Of a DNA stretch of 40,461 bases, positions 9,128-18,388 are shown in pieces (the stretch's first letter is position 1; each line of letters begins with the position of its first letter). The stretch covers positions 1 to 40,461 of the forward strand of contig PBVU01000003.1 in assembly GCA_002728775.1 (NCBI GenBank), given 5' to 3'. The position numbers and the translations under genes are program-made. Origin of the DNA: Verrucomicrobiales bacterium. Lineage in GTDB: Bacteria > Verrucomicrobiota > Verrucomicrobiia > Limisphaerales > UBA1100. The notes under the pieces are model-generated. The model was given only the letters and a program-made list of their open reading frames with translations. It was not told the origin of the DNA and searched no databases.

Positions 9128-9180
9128 GGGCGCAGGCTGCTGAAAATCAAAACCGGAGTCAATCAGCCGTTATGCACGGC

Positions 9181-11211
9181 CTATGCGGGTGCCGGCTCAG
9201 GCGCGCTCCCCAAGTCCGGGTCAATTTTGGGAGGCGATTTTTGGGTGGATTCGCCAACAGGGGTGGCAGCTTTAGCCCCTTTCATGCGGGATTTGAGGGG
9301 AGGCGGCGGCGGGTCGAACTTGCCGGTTTTGACGATTTGTGCGACCTGTTCACCGTCAAGTGTCTCATATTCCAAGAGGGCGTTTGCGATTGCCTCGAGT
9401 TTGTCGTGGTTGTCCTTGATCAACTTGGTCGCCCGCTTGTAAGCGTCTTGAGTGATCTTTTTCACCTCAGCATCGATTTCGCGCGCGGTCTCCTCACTGT
9501 AATCCTTGCCGCGCGCCATGTCGCGTCCCAAGAAAACATATTCGTTGTCTCCGCCATACTGAACCATTCCCAGTTTTGCACTCATGCCAAACTGGCAAAC
9601 CATCGCGCGCGCCATTTGGGTGGCCTGTTGGATATCCCCAGCGGCACCAGAGGAAATATCCCCGGAATAGATTTCTTCAGCAATGCGGCCGCCCATGGTC
9701 ATAGTGATGGCATCGATCATCTCCAGCTTTTGATGATTCAAGACATCCTCTTTCGGCAAAGACATCGTAGAGCCCAAGGATTGGCCCCGAGGAATGATCG
9801 TCACTTTATGCAAGGGGTGGCAATGCTTTAAAAGAACATTGATAAGTGCGTGTCCGGCCTCGTGCCACGCGGTCCGCTTCTTGTCCTCATCGGTCATGGC
9901 CATGCTGCGGCGTTCACGCCCCCAGCGCACCTTGTCTCGGGCTTCCTCCAGTTCTGCCATGGAAATACGCTTCTTGTTGGCGCGGGCGGCCAGCAGGGCT
10001 GCCTCATTGAGGAGATTGGCGAGTTCTGCCCCGGAATATCCCGGTGTGCCTCTCGCAATTACCGACAGATCCACCGCCTTTGCCAGTTTTACCTTTTTCG
10101 CATGAACCTTCAAAATCTCCTCACGTCCGCGTATGTCCGGGAGATTAACCGTGATCTGACGGTCGAAGCGCCCAGGGCGCAAAAGTGCCGGGTCCAGTAC
10201 ATCAGGCCGGTTGGTTGCAGCAATAATGATAATCCCTTCCTGGGAATCGAATCCGTCCATCTCGACCAAGAGCGCATTGAGCGTCTGCTCCCGTTCATCA
10301 TTCCCTCCCCCCAGTCCGTGACCGCGATGGCGTCCCACGGCGTCAATCTCATCAATAAAAACCAGACAAGGTGTGTTCTTGCGCGCCTGCTCAAACATGT
10401 CTCGAACCCGGCTCGCGCCAACCCCGACAAACATCTCAACAAAGTCTGACCCGCTGATGCTAAAAAAGCCCGCGTCTGCCTCGCCGGCGATCGCCTTTGC
10501 CAAAAGGGTTTTTCCAGTCCCAGGTGAGCCGACCATTAGGATGCCTTTGGGTATTCGCCCGCCCAGTTTTTGAAATTTCTTGGGATCCTTCAGAAACTCC
10601 ACAAGCTCGCTGACTTCCTCCTTGGCTTCTTCAACTCCCGCCACATCCTTGAAGGTGATCTTGTTCTTGTCCTTGTTTAGCATGCGCGCCTTGCTCTTCC
10701 CAAAGTTAAGAGCACCCTTGCCTGCCATCTTGATTTGGCGAATAAAAAAGAAATAGATGAAAAAGATGATCAAGGCAAAGGGCAGAAGCGTAAACAGGAA
10801 GCTCATCAAAAGCGTATTCTCCGGGACGGACTCAAATTTCCCCGTGGCCAGCAGCGGCTCAAGCGCTGCCTCGGGCATTAAGGTCTCAATCCTGAATGGC
10901 TTTCCCTTGCGGGGCACTCCCTTAATGGATTTTTCCCCCTGCCCGCCGGGGATGACCTGGCCTTCATCTACAAAAAATCCGGTGATTTCATAAAGGCCAT
11001 TCTGTCTAGGCTTGATTTTGCCCTCGAACACGAGGCTGGGGCTGTTTGTGGCCATCTGGACAAATTTGTCATACCGAAGTTCATCCGGCTGCCCAACGGA
11101 GCTTTTGCTGTAGGACAGGAAAATAATAATGAGCACAACGATGCTCATCCACACAACCCAAGGGCGCATGGAGCCCGGACTTTGTCCTTGATTGTTTTTA
11201 TCCTCCGACAT
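9181..11211 (-). CDS. ftsH: ATP-dependent zinc metalloprotease FtsH
   Basis: Two N-terminal TM helices, Walker A GSPGTGKT, Walker B VFIDEIDA and zinc motif HEAGHA. 676 aa. Confidence 0.97.
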   Translation of the reverse strand: MSEDKNNQGQSPGSMRPWVVWMSIVVLIIIFLSYSKSSVGQPDELRYDKFVQMATNSPSLVFEGKIKPRQNGLYEITGFFVDEGQVIPGGQGEKSIKGVPRKGKPFRIETLMPEAALEPLLATGKFESVPENTLLMSFLFTLLPFALIIFFIYFFFIRQIKMAGKGALNFGKSKARMLNKDKNKITFKDVAGVEEAKEEVSELVEFLKDPKKFQKLGGRIPKGILMVGSPGTGKTLLAKAIAGEADAGFFSISGSDFVEMFVGVGASRVRDMFEQARKNTPCLVFIDEIDAVGRHRGHGLGGGNDEREQTLNALLVEMDGFDSQEGIIIIAATNRPDVLDPALLRPGRFDRQITVNLPDIRGREEILKVHAKKVKLAKAVDLSVIARGTPGYSGAELANLLNEAALLAARANKKRISMAELEEARDKVRWGRERRSMAMTDEDKKRTAWHEAGHALINVLLKHCHPLHKVTIIPRGQSLGSTMSLPKEDVLNHQKLEMIDAITMTMGGRIAEEIYSGDISSGAAGDIQQATQMARAMVCQFGMSAKLGMVQYGGDNEYVFLGRDMARGKDYSEETAREIDAEVKKITQDAYKRATKLIKDNHDKLEAIANALLEYETLDGEQVAQIVKTGKFDPPPPPLKSRMKGAKAATPVGESTQKSPPKIDPDLGSAPEPAPA

Positions 11212-11256
11212 GCAAGGGAAAACTCAACCTAACACAGGGCAAGAACCGTGGCAATT

Positions 11257-12603
11257 CTACATTTCCCTCCATTCCCAATGTAAAAACCTTTGCGTTCCGG
11301 CGCGAATCTTTGCGTGCTCGCCAATTCGGAGTCCCTGTACCCAGAAAATTTCCCCATTGGAAGAACAGGCCAAGGCACGCTGCCTTTTTCCTTCTGCCTT
11401 TACCTTTGCATTGGTGAATATGGATTTGAGTTTGGATGGTTTTTTCAGGCCAATGGGTTGGAATCTATCTCCTTGGCGCCAATGTCTCAGGACAATGGCC
11501 TCCCCTGTCCTGTCGGCATCGAAGGCTTCAAGTCCATCCCTTTGAACGATCTTACTGGAAACCCGGCATCGAACGAGGATGTTTCCTAATTCCCTCTCCA
11601 CCCATTTTGCAGTCGGCCTGATCAGGCATTCATTCGGGCTAAATTCCAAGTTCGGATGAGTGCCCACACGGAGCGTGCCCTGTTCATCGCGATGTAATAA
11701 TTCCTTGGCATTGATAGCGAATTTTTTCCCGGGAACTTTTCGCAGATCCTCGATTTGAAAATATTGTGGCTCAAGACCGAGTTGGATCAATTGTTGCCAG
11801 ATCACCCGGCGCTGAACGGCCAAGTGGAGCTTCCAAAAAGGCGCACGCTTGGCGGCTTTAAGCCATGCTTGGGCCTGGGCAATTGCATAATCTGCCTCTG
11901 CTCGCAGCAGGTCCTGAGTTTGGCAGATCGGAAATTCAATTTTAGGATGAAAATTCTTTTCTAGAAAAGGGATCAACTCTTGTCGAATTTTATTTCTCAG
12001 GTATTCGGGTGATGAGTTGCTTTTGTCTTCACGATAAGGAATGGGATTCTCATCTGTCAGGCTATGCATGTCGCACTTTGAGAAATTCAACAGGGGGCGG
12101 ACAAGTTTGATCTGATTGCCGCTAGCCATCCCTGACACGGGCCGAATGCCAGCCAAGCCGCTTCCGCCTGCGCCGCGCATTAGTCTCCAGAGGAAAGTTT
12201 CAGCTTGGTCACTGGCATGGTGTCCGGTTGCGATGTAGTCACAACGGTGTCTTGTGGCTTTGTTCTTTAGGAATGAATATCTGGCGTCCCGCGCAACTTT
12301 TTCCAGTCCATAAGCCTTGATAGAGTCTGAGTCTTTGTCATTCCAAGCTCCCGTCGCGCATTTTACGCCTAGTTGGGACGAAAATTTTTCAACCAACCTC
12401 TGGTCCGCCTTTGCCGCATTTCCTCGTAGCCGATGATTGAAATGTGCAGCCACAATTCGCCATCTGTATTTTGCTGAAGCGGTTGCAAGCGCAAACAGTA
12501 GGGCCATGGAGTCCATGCCGCCAGATGTCGCCACAAGCACGGCAGACTTTTGGGGGATCAAGGATGCGGCCTCGGCTTGGGCCTGTTCGAGCAGGGATGC
12601 CAT
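11257..12603 (-). CDS. tilS: tRNA(Ile)-lysidine synthase
   Basis: PP-loop VATSGGMDS. Sits upstream of ftsH, a common arrangement. The ATG at 12603 shares 1 nt with the TGA of the upstream gene; the track start at 12606 is TTG. Confidence 0.88.
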   Translation of the reverse strand: MASLLEQAQAEAASLIPQKSAVLVATSGGMDSMALLFALATASAKYRWRIVAAHFNHRLRGNAAKADQRLVEKFSSQLGVKCATGAWNDKDSDSIKAYGLEKVARDARYSFLKNKATRHRCDYIATGHHASDQAETFLWRLMRGAGGSGLAGIRPVSGMASGNQIKLVRPLLNFSKCDMHSLTDENPIPYREDKSNSSPEYLRNKIRQELIPFLEKNFHPKIEFPICQTQDLLRAEADYAIAQAQAWLKAAKRAPFWKLHLAVQRRVIWQQLIQLGLEPQYFQIEDLRKVPGKKFAINAKELLHRDEQGTLRVGTHPNLEFSPNECLIRPTAKWVERELGNILVRCRVSSKIVQRDGLEAFDADRTGEAIVLRHWRQGDRFQPIGLKKPSKLKSIFTNAKVKAEGKRQRALACSSNGEIFWVQGLRIGEHAKIRAGTQRFLHWEWREM

Positions 12604-14048
12604 CAAGCCAGCATTTGATGGATGATCCTGCCTTCCACATCGGTCAGCCGGAAATCTCTCCCTTGAAAGCGGAAGGTCAACTTTTCGTGATCCAAGCCCA
12701 GCAGATGGAGAATGGTGGCATGCAGGTCATGCACGTGGCACTCATCGCGGATTGAATTAAAGCCAAATTCATCGGTTTCCCCAACCACCGCGCCCCGCTT
12801 CACACCACCTCCGGCGAACCACATGCTGAAGGCATCAATGTGGTGATTGCGGCCAGGTGGATTGCGGTTTTCGCCCATGGGCGTCCGTCCGAATTCCCCG
12901 CCCCAAATCACAAGCGTGTCATCCAGCAACCCCCGCGCTTGAAGGTCTTGGAGGAGCGCCATGGCCGGTTTATCCACTTCGCGTGTGACTTGGTCCAGAT
13001 GCTTGGTGAGCGTCTCACTTGGTCCTCCGTGGTGATCCCAATTCGTGTGGTACAGCTGCACAAAACGGGTGCCTCGCTCCACCAGTCGCCGAGCCAAAAG
13101 ACAGTTATTGGCAAAACTGGCTCGCCCCGGTTGGGCTCCATACAAATCTAAGGTAGCCTTGCTTTCCTCAGAGAAATCGATCAGCTCGGGCGCGCTGGAC
13201 TGCATGCGGTAGGCCATCTCATAGCTGGCAATGCGTGTATTAATTTCCTCATCCCCCGTTTCTACCGCCCGATTGAGATTCAAGTCCCGCAATGCATCCA
13301 GCGAGGCACGCTGGCGTCGGGAATCAATTCCACTCGGGCTGGCCAGGTTAAGGATGGGATCGCCGTTGCCCCTTAACGGGACGCCTTGGTGAGAAGTTGG
13401 GAGAAATCCGCTCGCCCAGTTGACTCCTCCACCGCGCGGTCCGCGTGGTCCGGATTGGAGCACGATGAACCCGGGCAAATCCTTTGATTCCGTACCCAGC
13501 CCATATGTCACCCAGGATCCCATGCTCGGCCGCCCGAACAAGCCAGTGCCGGTGTTCATGAACAACTTGGCCGGCGCATGGTTAAACAGATTCGTTCGGC
13601 AGCTTTTGATCAGGGTGATTTCATCTGCCACGGAGGCAATGTGAGGAAAGCACTCGCTCACCCATAAACCACTCTGGCCATGCTGCTTAAACTCGCGAAT
13701 TGTCCCCTGCAGCTTGCTCCTATTCCTGAACGAACTATTCATGAAGGCAAACCTTTTGCCCTCGAGAAATGAAGGAGGGATGTCCTGTCCATGTCTCTTC
13801 TTCAGTTCTGGTTTCCAGTCAAACAAATCCAAGTGTGAGGGCCCACCAGCCATGAACAGGTAAATGATGTTCTTAGCCTTGGGCGCAAAGTGGGGGCGGC
13901 GTGGCGCGTATGGGCTGGCCATTGAGTGTTCATCTACCAACGACGCCAATGCCAAGGATCCTAGCCCCATTGAGCAACGGCTAAAGAAATGCCGCCGGGT
14001 TGATGCCTGGAGACTGATCGTTTCGTCACTCACGGGTAATGCTTTCAT
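12603..14048 (-). CDS. DUF1501 family protein (Tat-exported, sulfatase/alkaline-phosphatase-like fold)
   Basis: Twin-arginine signal STRRHFFSRCSMGLGSLALA. DUF1501-like blocks AGGPSHLDLFDWKPE and GGEFGRTP...GRNHH. ATG at 14048 (the track TTG is at 14051). Overlaps the upstream DUF1553 gene by 23 nt. Confidence 0.85.
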   Translation of the reverse strand: MKALPVSDETISLQASTRRHFFSRCSMGLGSLALASLVDEHSMASPYAPRRPHFAPKAKNIIYLFMAGGPSHLDLFDWKPELKKRHGQDIPPSFLEGKRFAFMNSSFRNRSKLQGTIREFKQHGQSGLWVSECFPHIASVADEITLIKSCRTNLFNHAPAKLFMNTGTGLFGRPSMGSWVTYGLGTESKDLPGFIVLQSGPRGPRGGGVNWASGFLPTSHQGVPLRGNGDPILNLASPSGIDSRRQRASLDALRDLNLNRAVETGDEEINTRIASYEMAYRMQSSAPELIDFSEESKATLDLYGAQPGRASFANNCLLARRLVERGTRFVQLYHTNWDHHGGPSETLTKHLDQVTREVDKPAMALLQDLQARGLLDDTLVIWGGEFGRTPMGENRNPPGRNHHIDAFSMWFAGGGVKRGAVVGETDEFGFNSIRDECHVHDLHATILHLLGLDHEKLTFRFQGRDFRLTDVEGRIIHQMLA

Positions 14049-16026
14049 CAAGGTTCAACAACACACGGGAAACCACTGTCCAAGCGGCAAGCTCGGGTCC
14101 AGGTAGCCCTTCGGCATTATGGCCGTTCAACAGCAGGTCTGCTTGTCCGGGTGTTTTGGCAAATCCTGCCAGTTGGCTTTCAAGCAAGCGCAACAGCACT
14201 GCTGACTCACTCTTGTTCGGCGAGCGCGTCAGGCAAAGCTTGAAGGCATAACTGATTTTATCCGCGTCACTCCCCTGCCCTTCCGTCAGGATCCTACGAG
14301 CCAAGCCCACATGAATCTCAAAGAAAGCCGGATCATTCAGGAGGGTCAACGCTTGAAGCGGGGTGTTGGATCGCATCCGTTTTGTGCAACTGGCAAAAGC
14401 GTCTGGGGTATCAAGAACTTTTAAGGCGGGGTGAGGTGTGGCTCGCCAGCGATAGGTGTAAATGGCGCGGCGATATCGATCTTCTCCCTTGCTGGGCGTC
14501 CAGTTCCGCTTGTGTTGACCCAAGTTCATGCAGCCGGGGGGTTGAGGCGGAAAGACTCCGGGGCCGCCCATTTTGCGGCTGAGAAGCCCGCTGGCTGTGA
14601 GGGCCAAATCGCGAACAATTTCCGCATCAACCCGAAGTCGGGATTGGCGTGCCAGCAACTTGTTGTATGGGTCAGCTTTTGCCAAGTCTGCCCTAGCGTG
14701 CGATGATTGGCGATAGGTCGCCGAAGTGACAATCAACTTGTGCATGGCCTTGCGGCTCCAATTTGCCCGCATGAGTTCAGCCGCCAGCCAATCCAGCAGT
14801 CCATGGTTTGTGGGGGGCAATCCCTGTGTGCCAAAATCATTCTCTGTCTCCACTAACCCAACGCCAAAATAATGTTGCCACATGCGGTTGATGGTTACTC
14901 GTGCAAGCAGCGGATTGTCCCTACTTGCGACCCAGCGTGCAAAATCCAGCCGATTGGCCTTTTCGGCGTTAGGGAAATCATGCAAGACGGCCGGGACGCC
15001 GGGGGAAACCTTTTCCGCGGGCCGCGTAAAATCACCTTTGACAAAGCGATGTGTGGCGCGCTCGTTTTTCCTCTGGGCCATGACGAGAGTTGTCGCCGCC
15101 CTTGGCCGGGTTTTCTTTAGCTTGGCCAGTTCGGAGGCAAGTTTCTTGTGTTCGTCGGAATTTTGAGGGGCAGTCTTCAGGTTGGCTTCAACCGCCGCAA
15201 CCCTTGAGGCGTGTTCTGCGCGTGCCTTTTGTTGAGCCTTCGTTGGGGCTTCGATGCGTGGTTCGTCCGCCTGATTGAAAAAGGCAAACATCTGGTAAAA
15301 CTCAACCTGCTTCAGGGGGTCGAACTTGTGGTCGTGACACTGTGCACAGCCAAACGTCAGTCCGAACATAACTTCGCCCGTGGTAGCAATCCGGTCAAAA
15401 ATTGAGTCCACGCGGAACTGCTCCCGATCCACTCCTCCTTCCGTATTGATTTGTGTGTTACGGTGAAACCCCGTGGCAACGAGTTGCTGGAGAGTGGCGT
15501 TGGGCAGCATGTCGCCAGCAAGTTGCTCTATAACGAATTGATCGAACGGCATGTCATCGTTGTACGCCTTGATGACCCAGTCTCGGTAGGGCCAGATCGA
15601 TCTGGGTGCATCATGGCTATACCCATCACTATCCGCGTAACGTGCCAGATCCAGCCAGTGCCTGCCCCAGCGTTCGCCAAAATGTGGAGAGGCCAGTAGC
15701 TTGTCCACGATACGCTCGTAGGCATCAGGGCGTTTGTCCGTCAGGAATGCTTCGGCCTCATCTGGAGAAGGGGGTAGGCCAATCAAGTCCAGATGGAGCC
15801 TGCGCAGGAGTGTCAGTCGATCAGCTTGCGGTGAAGGGGTGAGGTTTGCCTTTTCAATTTCAGAGAGGATAAATTGATCGATTGGATTTCGAGGCCAATC
15901 CGCCTGCCTCACCGTGGGAGGCGCGTGACGCTGGGGGGCAATGAATGCCCAATGCGCGCCCTCATTGGCTGATGACGCGAATGCGGCCGCCATTGCGCAC
16001 AGGAAAAACAATCGCACAAACCTCAT
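14026..16026 (-). CDS. DUF1549/DUF1553 (PSCyt2/PSD1) domain protein
   Basis: Signal peptide. DUF1549-like NPIDQFI...LLRRLHLDLIGLPPSPDE...HFGERWGRHWLDLARYADSDGY. The conserved CAQCHDHKFDP motif lies at 15334-15348 and a DUF1553-like region fills the C-terminal half. This is the usual partner of DUF1501 in PVC genomes. Confidence 0.85.
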   Translation of the reverse strand: MRFVRLFFLCAMAAAFASSANEGAHWAFIAPQRHAPPTVRQADWPRNPIDQFILSEIEKANLTPSPQADRLTLLRRLHLDLIGLPPSPDEAEAFLTDKRPDAYERIVDKLLASPHFGERWGRHWLDLARYADSDGYSHDAPRSIWPYRDWVIKAYNDDMPFDQFVIEQLAGDMLPNATLQQLVATGFHRNTQINTEGGVDREQFRVDSIFDRIATTGEVMFGLTFGCAQCHDHKFDPLKQVEFYQMFAFFNQADEPRIEAPTKAQQKARAEHASRVAAVEANLKTAPQNSDEHKKLASELAKLKKTRPRAATTLVMAQRKNERATHRFVKGDFTRPAEKVSPGVPAVLHDFPNAEKANRLDFARWVASRDNPLLARVTINRMWQHYFGVGLVETENDFGTQGLPPTNHGLLDWLAAELMRANWSRKAMHKLIVTSATYRQSSHARADLAKADPYNKLLARQSRLRVDAEIVRDLALTASGLLSRKMGGPGVFPPQPPGCMNLGQHKRNWTPSKGEDRYRRAIYTYRWRATPHPALKVLDTPDAFASCTKRMRSNTPLQALTLLNDPAFFEIHVGLARRILTEGQGSDADKISYAFKLCLTRSPNKSESAVLLRLLESQLAGFAKTPGQADLLLNGHNAEGLPGPELAAWTVVSRVLLNLDESITRE

Positions 16027-16075
16027 GACTGGAGAATATAGGCATTCGCCGAGTCGAACAAGCAGCAGATTTACC

Positions 16076-18382
16076 TTACCTGCCGGCCGGGATCTTGTTT
16101 AGCGTATAGTGAAAGGTGTCGTGCCAAAGTTTTTTGCCTTCTGGATCACGCAAATCCAATGCGCGAACACCCGTCACAAAACCTTCCTTCAGGCCTTTTA
16201 GTTTCAAGCGCACTTTCAGGTGATCCTTGGAGATATCCACGCCGGCAATTTCTATTGCCGTTGAACTGTCTTTCCTGCCTTCGTGGTCAAATTCCGGAGA
16301 GCCATAGTTTTTGTGGTATTTGAATTGATACTGCCACACGGCGTATCCATCGACTGCCTTGGCTGTTTCTGGATCGACCGGTTTTGTGAAATTCAGTTCA
16401 AACCCGTCAGCCAAGGCCCGGACGGCCTTCACCTCAAAAGGCAGTTGCCCCTTAAAGCGAACCCGTTCAAGAGCGTGAAAAGCTGGTGCATTGGCAGCCC
16501 ACGCCCTTACTTTCCCGCCGCCGACATACAGTCGGCCATCGTCGCCCATGATCAATCGGTTGACACCGGAACGGAATCCCTTGAGGAAAGGCCAAACGGC
16601 TCCCTGCCATTCATCCTCAATTTTTTCAAGTTGGACACGAGTGACAACCGCATTCTGAAAATCACCGACCAGCATTTGCCCTCTGAATGGACCAAAGCGC
16701 TCGTCCGTGATTTCGACCATGCCACTGGCTGAGCGCACCCATTTATAGGGAAACCACACTGCCGGCGGGGAGAGCTCGCGCGGTTTGCCATATAGTTCCC
16801 TTGGCGCGGGTCGCGAACTGGGATGGCCAAAAAACCGCCCCATTTTCACGTGGTTCAATTTGCAGGCGCCAATCCATGCCCCTTGATTATCCGTGACGAA
16901 CAAATCCTTTTCAGCCCCAAAAGTACCAATACCGTTGGGTTCGCGAAAACCGCTGGCAAAAGGCCTGACACCCAATTCCCCCGGGGCAACCCGCAGCGCC
17001 CAGCCCATGTGGCGCGCTCCCCAATGGCCGGCGTGGCCAGCGTTGGCCACGACCAGCCGGCTTTGCCGATCCAGAACCGGGCCGTAGGAAAATGAATTGT
17101 AACTGCCGGTATAGTCCCAGTCACTTGATACCCGCTCGAATAGGTCCGCTTGGCCATCACCATTTGAATCGTCAAGGCGGGTGATCTCAGCCTTGTTGCC
17201 CAAGTGGATTTTCCCGTCATTCACCAGCAGTCCCATCGGCTCGTTCATGCCCCTCGCATAGCGTCGAAACTTCATTGATTTTGCAGCACCCGTGGCATTC
17301 TCAACAATCCATACCTCACCTGCGTAAGTGCAAACCGCAAGTTGCTCCTTGCTCAACCAATCCATCCCCGTGACAAACAGGTTCATTTTTTTGGTGTCTG
17401 GCAATGGGAGTGATTCGGTTTCATAGAAAGGATCGAAAGAAAAACTGCGCGGTGCCTTTGTATTATATTTCAAGACAAGCGGTTTGGCCTCATTGAACTC
17501 AACTTTGAAATGCTTCCAATTCCGGACCATTCGGCGGGCAGATGCCAGATCTGGGACTATAAATGACACCACATCAAACTGTGGTTCTCCTGCCAGCCCG
17601 GGACTCACATCAATACACGCGAACTCCCCTGCCGTTTTCACGATCTCATTTCCTTTCGTGCTCCCCTCCTCCGTGAATTGTTCTTCTTCGAAATTTATCC
17701 GTGAAACCGATGTCGTGATCAGAGCGTTTCCTTTAACAATTGCTACCAGAATATCATTCTTTCTTTGAATGGCCGCCACGCCCGGCAGGCTTAATTCGAT
17801 GGGTTTGCCTTTTTCTGCATGAGCCAGAAAACGCAATCCAGGGAGTCCGCTGGCCACTCGAATACTCCTGACGACAGCATCTTTGAACGCGTGAAAGGAG
17901 TGGCGAACCTTTGCAGGCTTGCGCCCTTCCAAATGGAGTTGATAAAGGACTGAAGCCCGGCCGCCGCGGGTGCTGTATCCCAGGTATTGCGTTTTGACCG
18001 GAGTGCCTGATTTTGACGAGGGCACGTCCTTCTCCCGCAACAATGTCCACATGGGTATGGGCGGGTTGCCCCAAAGCTGGTCGCCATTGGGTTTGCAGAT
18101 GAAGGGCCTTTTGGCGCCGTGGTAACCTGGCCCATACAATTTTAAGCCCGCGCCCTTCCAGACCGTGTGGGTTCGCAAATTTTGAGCGTCGAAGGCCAAC
18201 CGGAGGTTTGTGGACAAATTTATCACCAAACTCCGGCTCGACTTTGCCATGGGTGCCATTCGCACCAGAAGATCGTTGGGGTCTACGAGTGGAGGCAAGG
18301 ACGGTTTTTTCTGTGCAGTAATGGATAGCACCACGGCCATTAATGCCGTGCATAACAGCCCGGTTTGGAATAATTTGCGCAT
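16076..18382 (-). CDS. Secreted beta-propeller protein of the PVC 'putative membrane-bound dehydrogenase domain' type, without a haem-binding tail
   Basis: 768 aa with a signal peptide. Has a Ca-loop-like DDSNGDGQADLFE and an SGL/sorbosone-dehydrogenase-like PNGIGTFGAEKDLFVTDNQG. It is a clear paralog of 37439-39763. No CxxCH motif anywhere. The family name is from memory, not a search. Confidence 0.65.
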   Translation of the reverse strand: MRKLFQTGLLCTALMAVVLSITAQKKPSLPPLVDPNDLLVRMAPMAKSSRSLVINLSTNLRLAFDAQNLRTHTVWKGAGLKLYGPGYHGAKRPFICKPNGDQLWGNPPIPMWTLLREKDVPSSKSGTPVKTQYLGYSTRGGRASVLYQLHLEGRKPAKVRHSFHAFKDAVVRSIRVASGLPGLRFLAHAEKGKPIELSLPGVAAIQRKNDILVAIVKGNALITTSVSRINFEEEQFTEEGSTKGNEIVKTAGEFACIDVSPGLAGEPQFDVVSFIVPDLASARRMVRNWKHFKVEFNEAKPLVLKYNTKAPRSFSFDPFYETESLPLPDTKKMNLFVTGMDWLSKEQLAVCTYAGEVWIVENATGAAKSMKFRRYARGMNEPMGLLVNDGKIHLGNKAEITRLDDSNGDGQADLFERVSSDWDYTGSYNSFSYGPVLDRQSRLVVANAGHAGHWGARHMGWALRVAPGELGVRPFASGFREPNGIGTFGAEKDLFVTDNQGAWIGACKLNHVKMGRFFGHPSSRPAPRELYGKPRELSPPAVWFPYKWVRSASGMVEITDERFGPFRGQMLVGDFQNAVVTRVQLEKIEDEWQGAVWPFLKGFRSGVNRLIMGDDGRLYVGGGKVRAWAANAPAFHALERVRFKGQLPFEVKAVRALADGFELNFTKPVDPETAKAVDGYAVWQYQFKYHKNYGSPEFDHEGRKDSSTAIEIAGVDISKDHLKVRLKLKGLKEGFVTGVRALDLRDPEGKKLWHDTFHYTLNKIPAGR

Positions 18383-18388
18383 TAGCTT

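Noticed and set aside
7029-11211. Whether the 470-aa mutase downstream of ftsH is GlmM, as in the common ftsH-folP-glmM arrangement.
   Set aside because: Its active-site loops (TASHNPPRFNGFK, EESGG) look like PGM/PMM rather than GlmM. rpe, not folP, lies between it and ftsH. I cannot support a GlmM call without a search.
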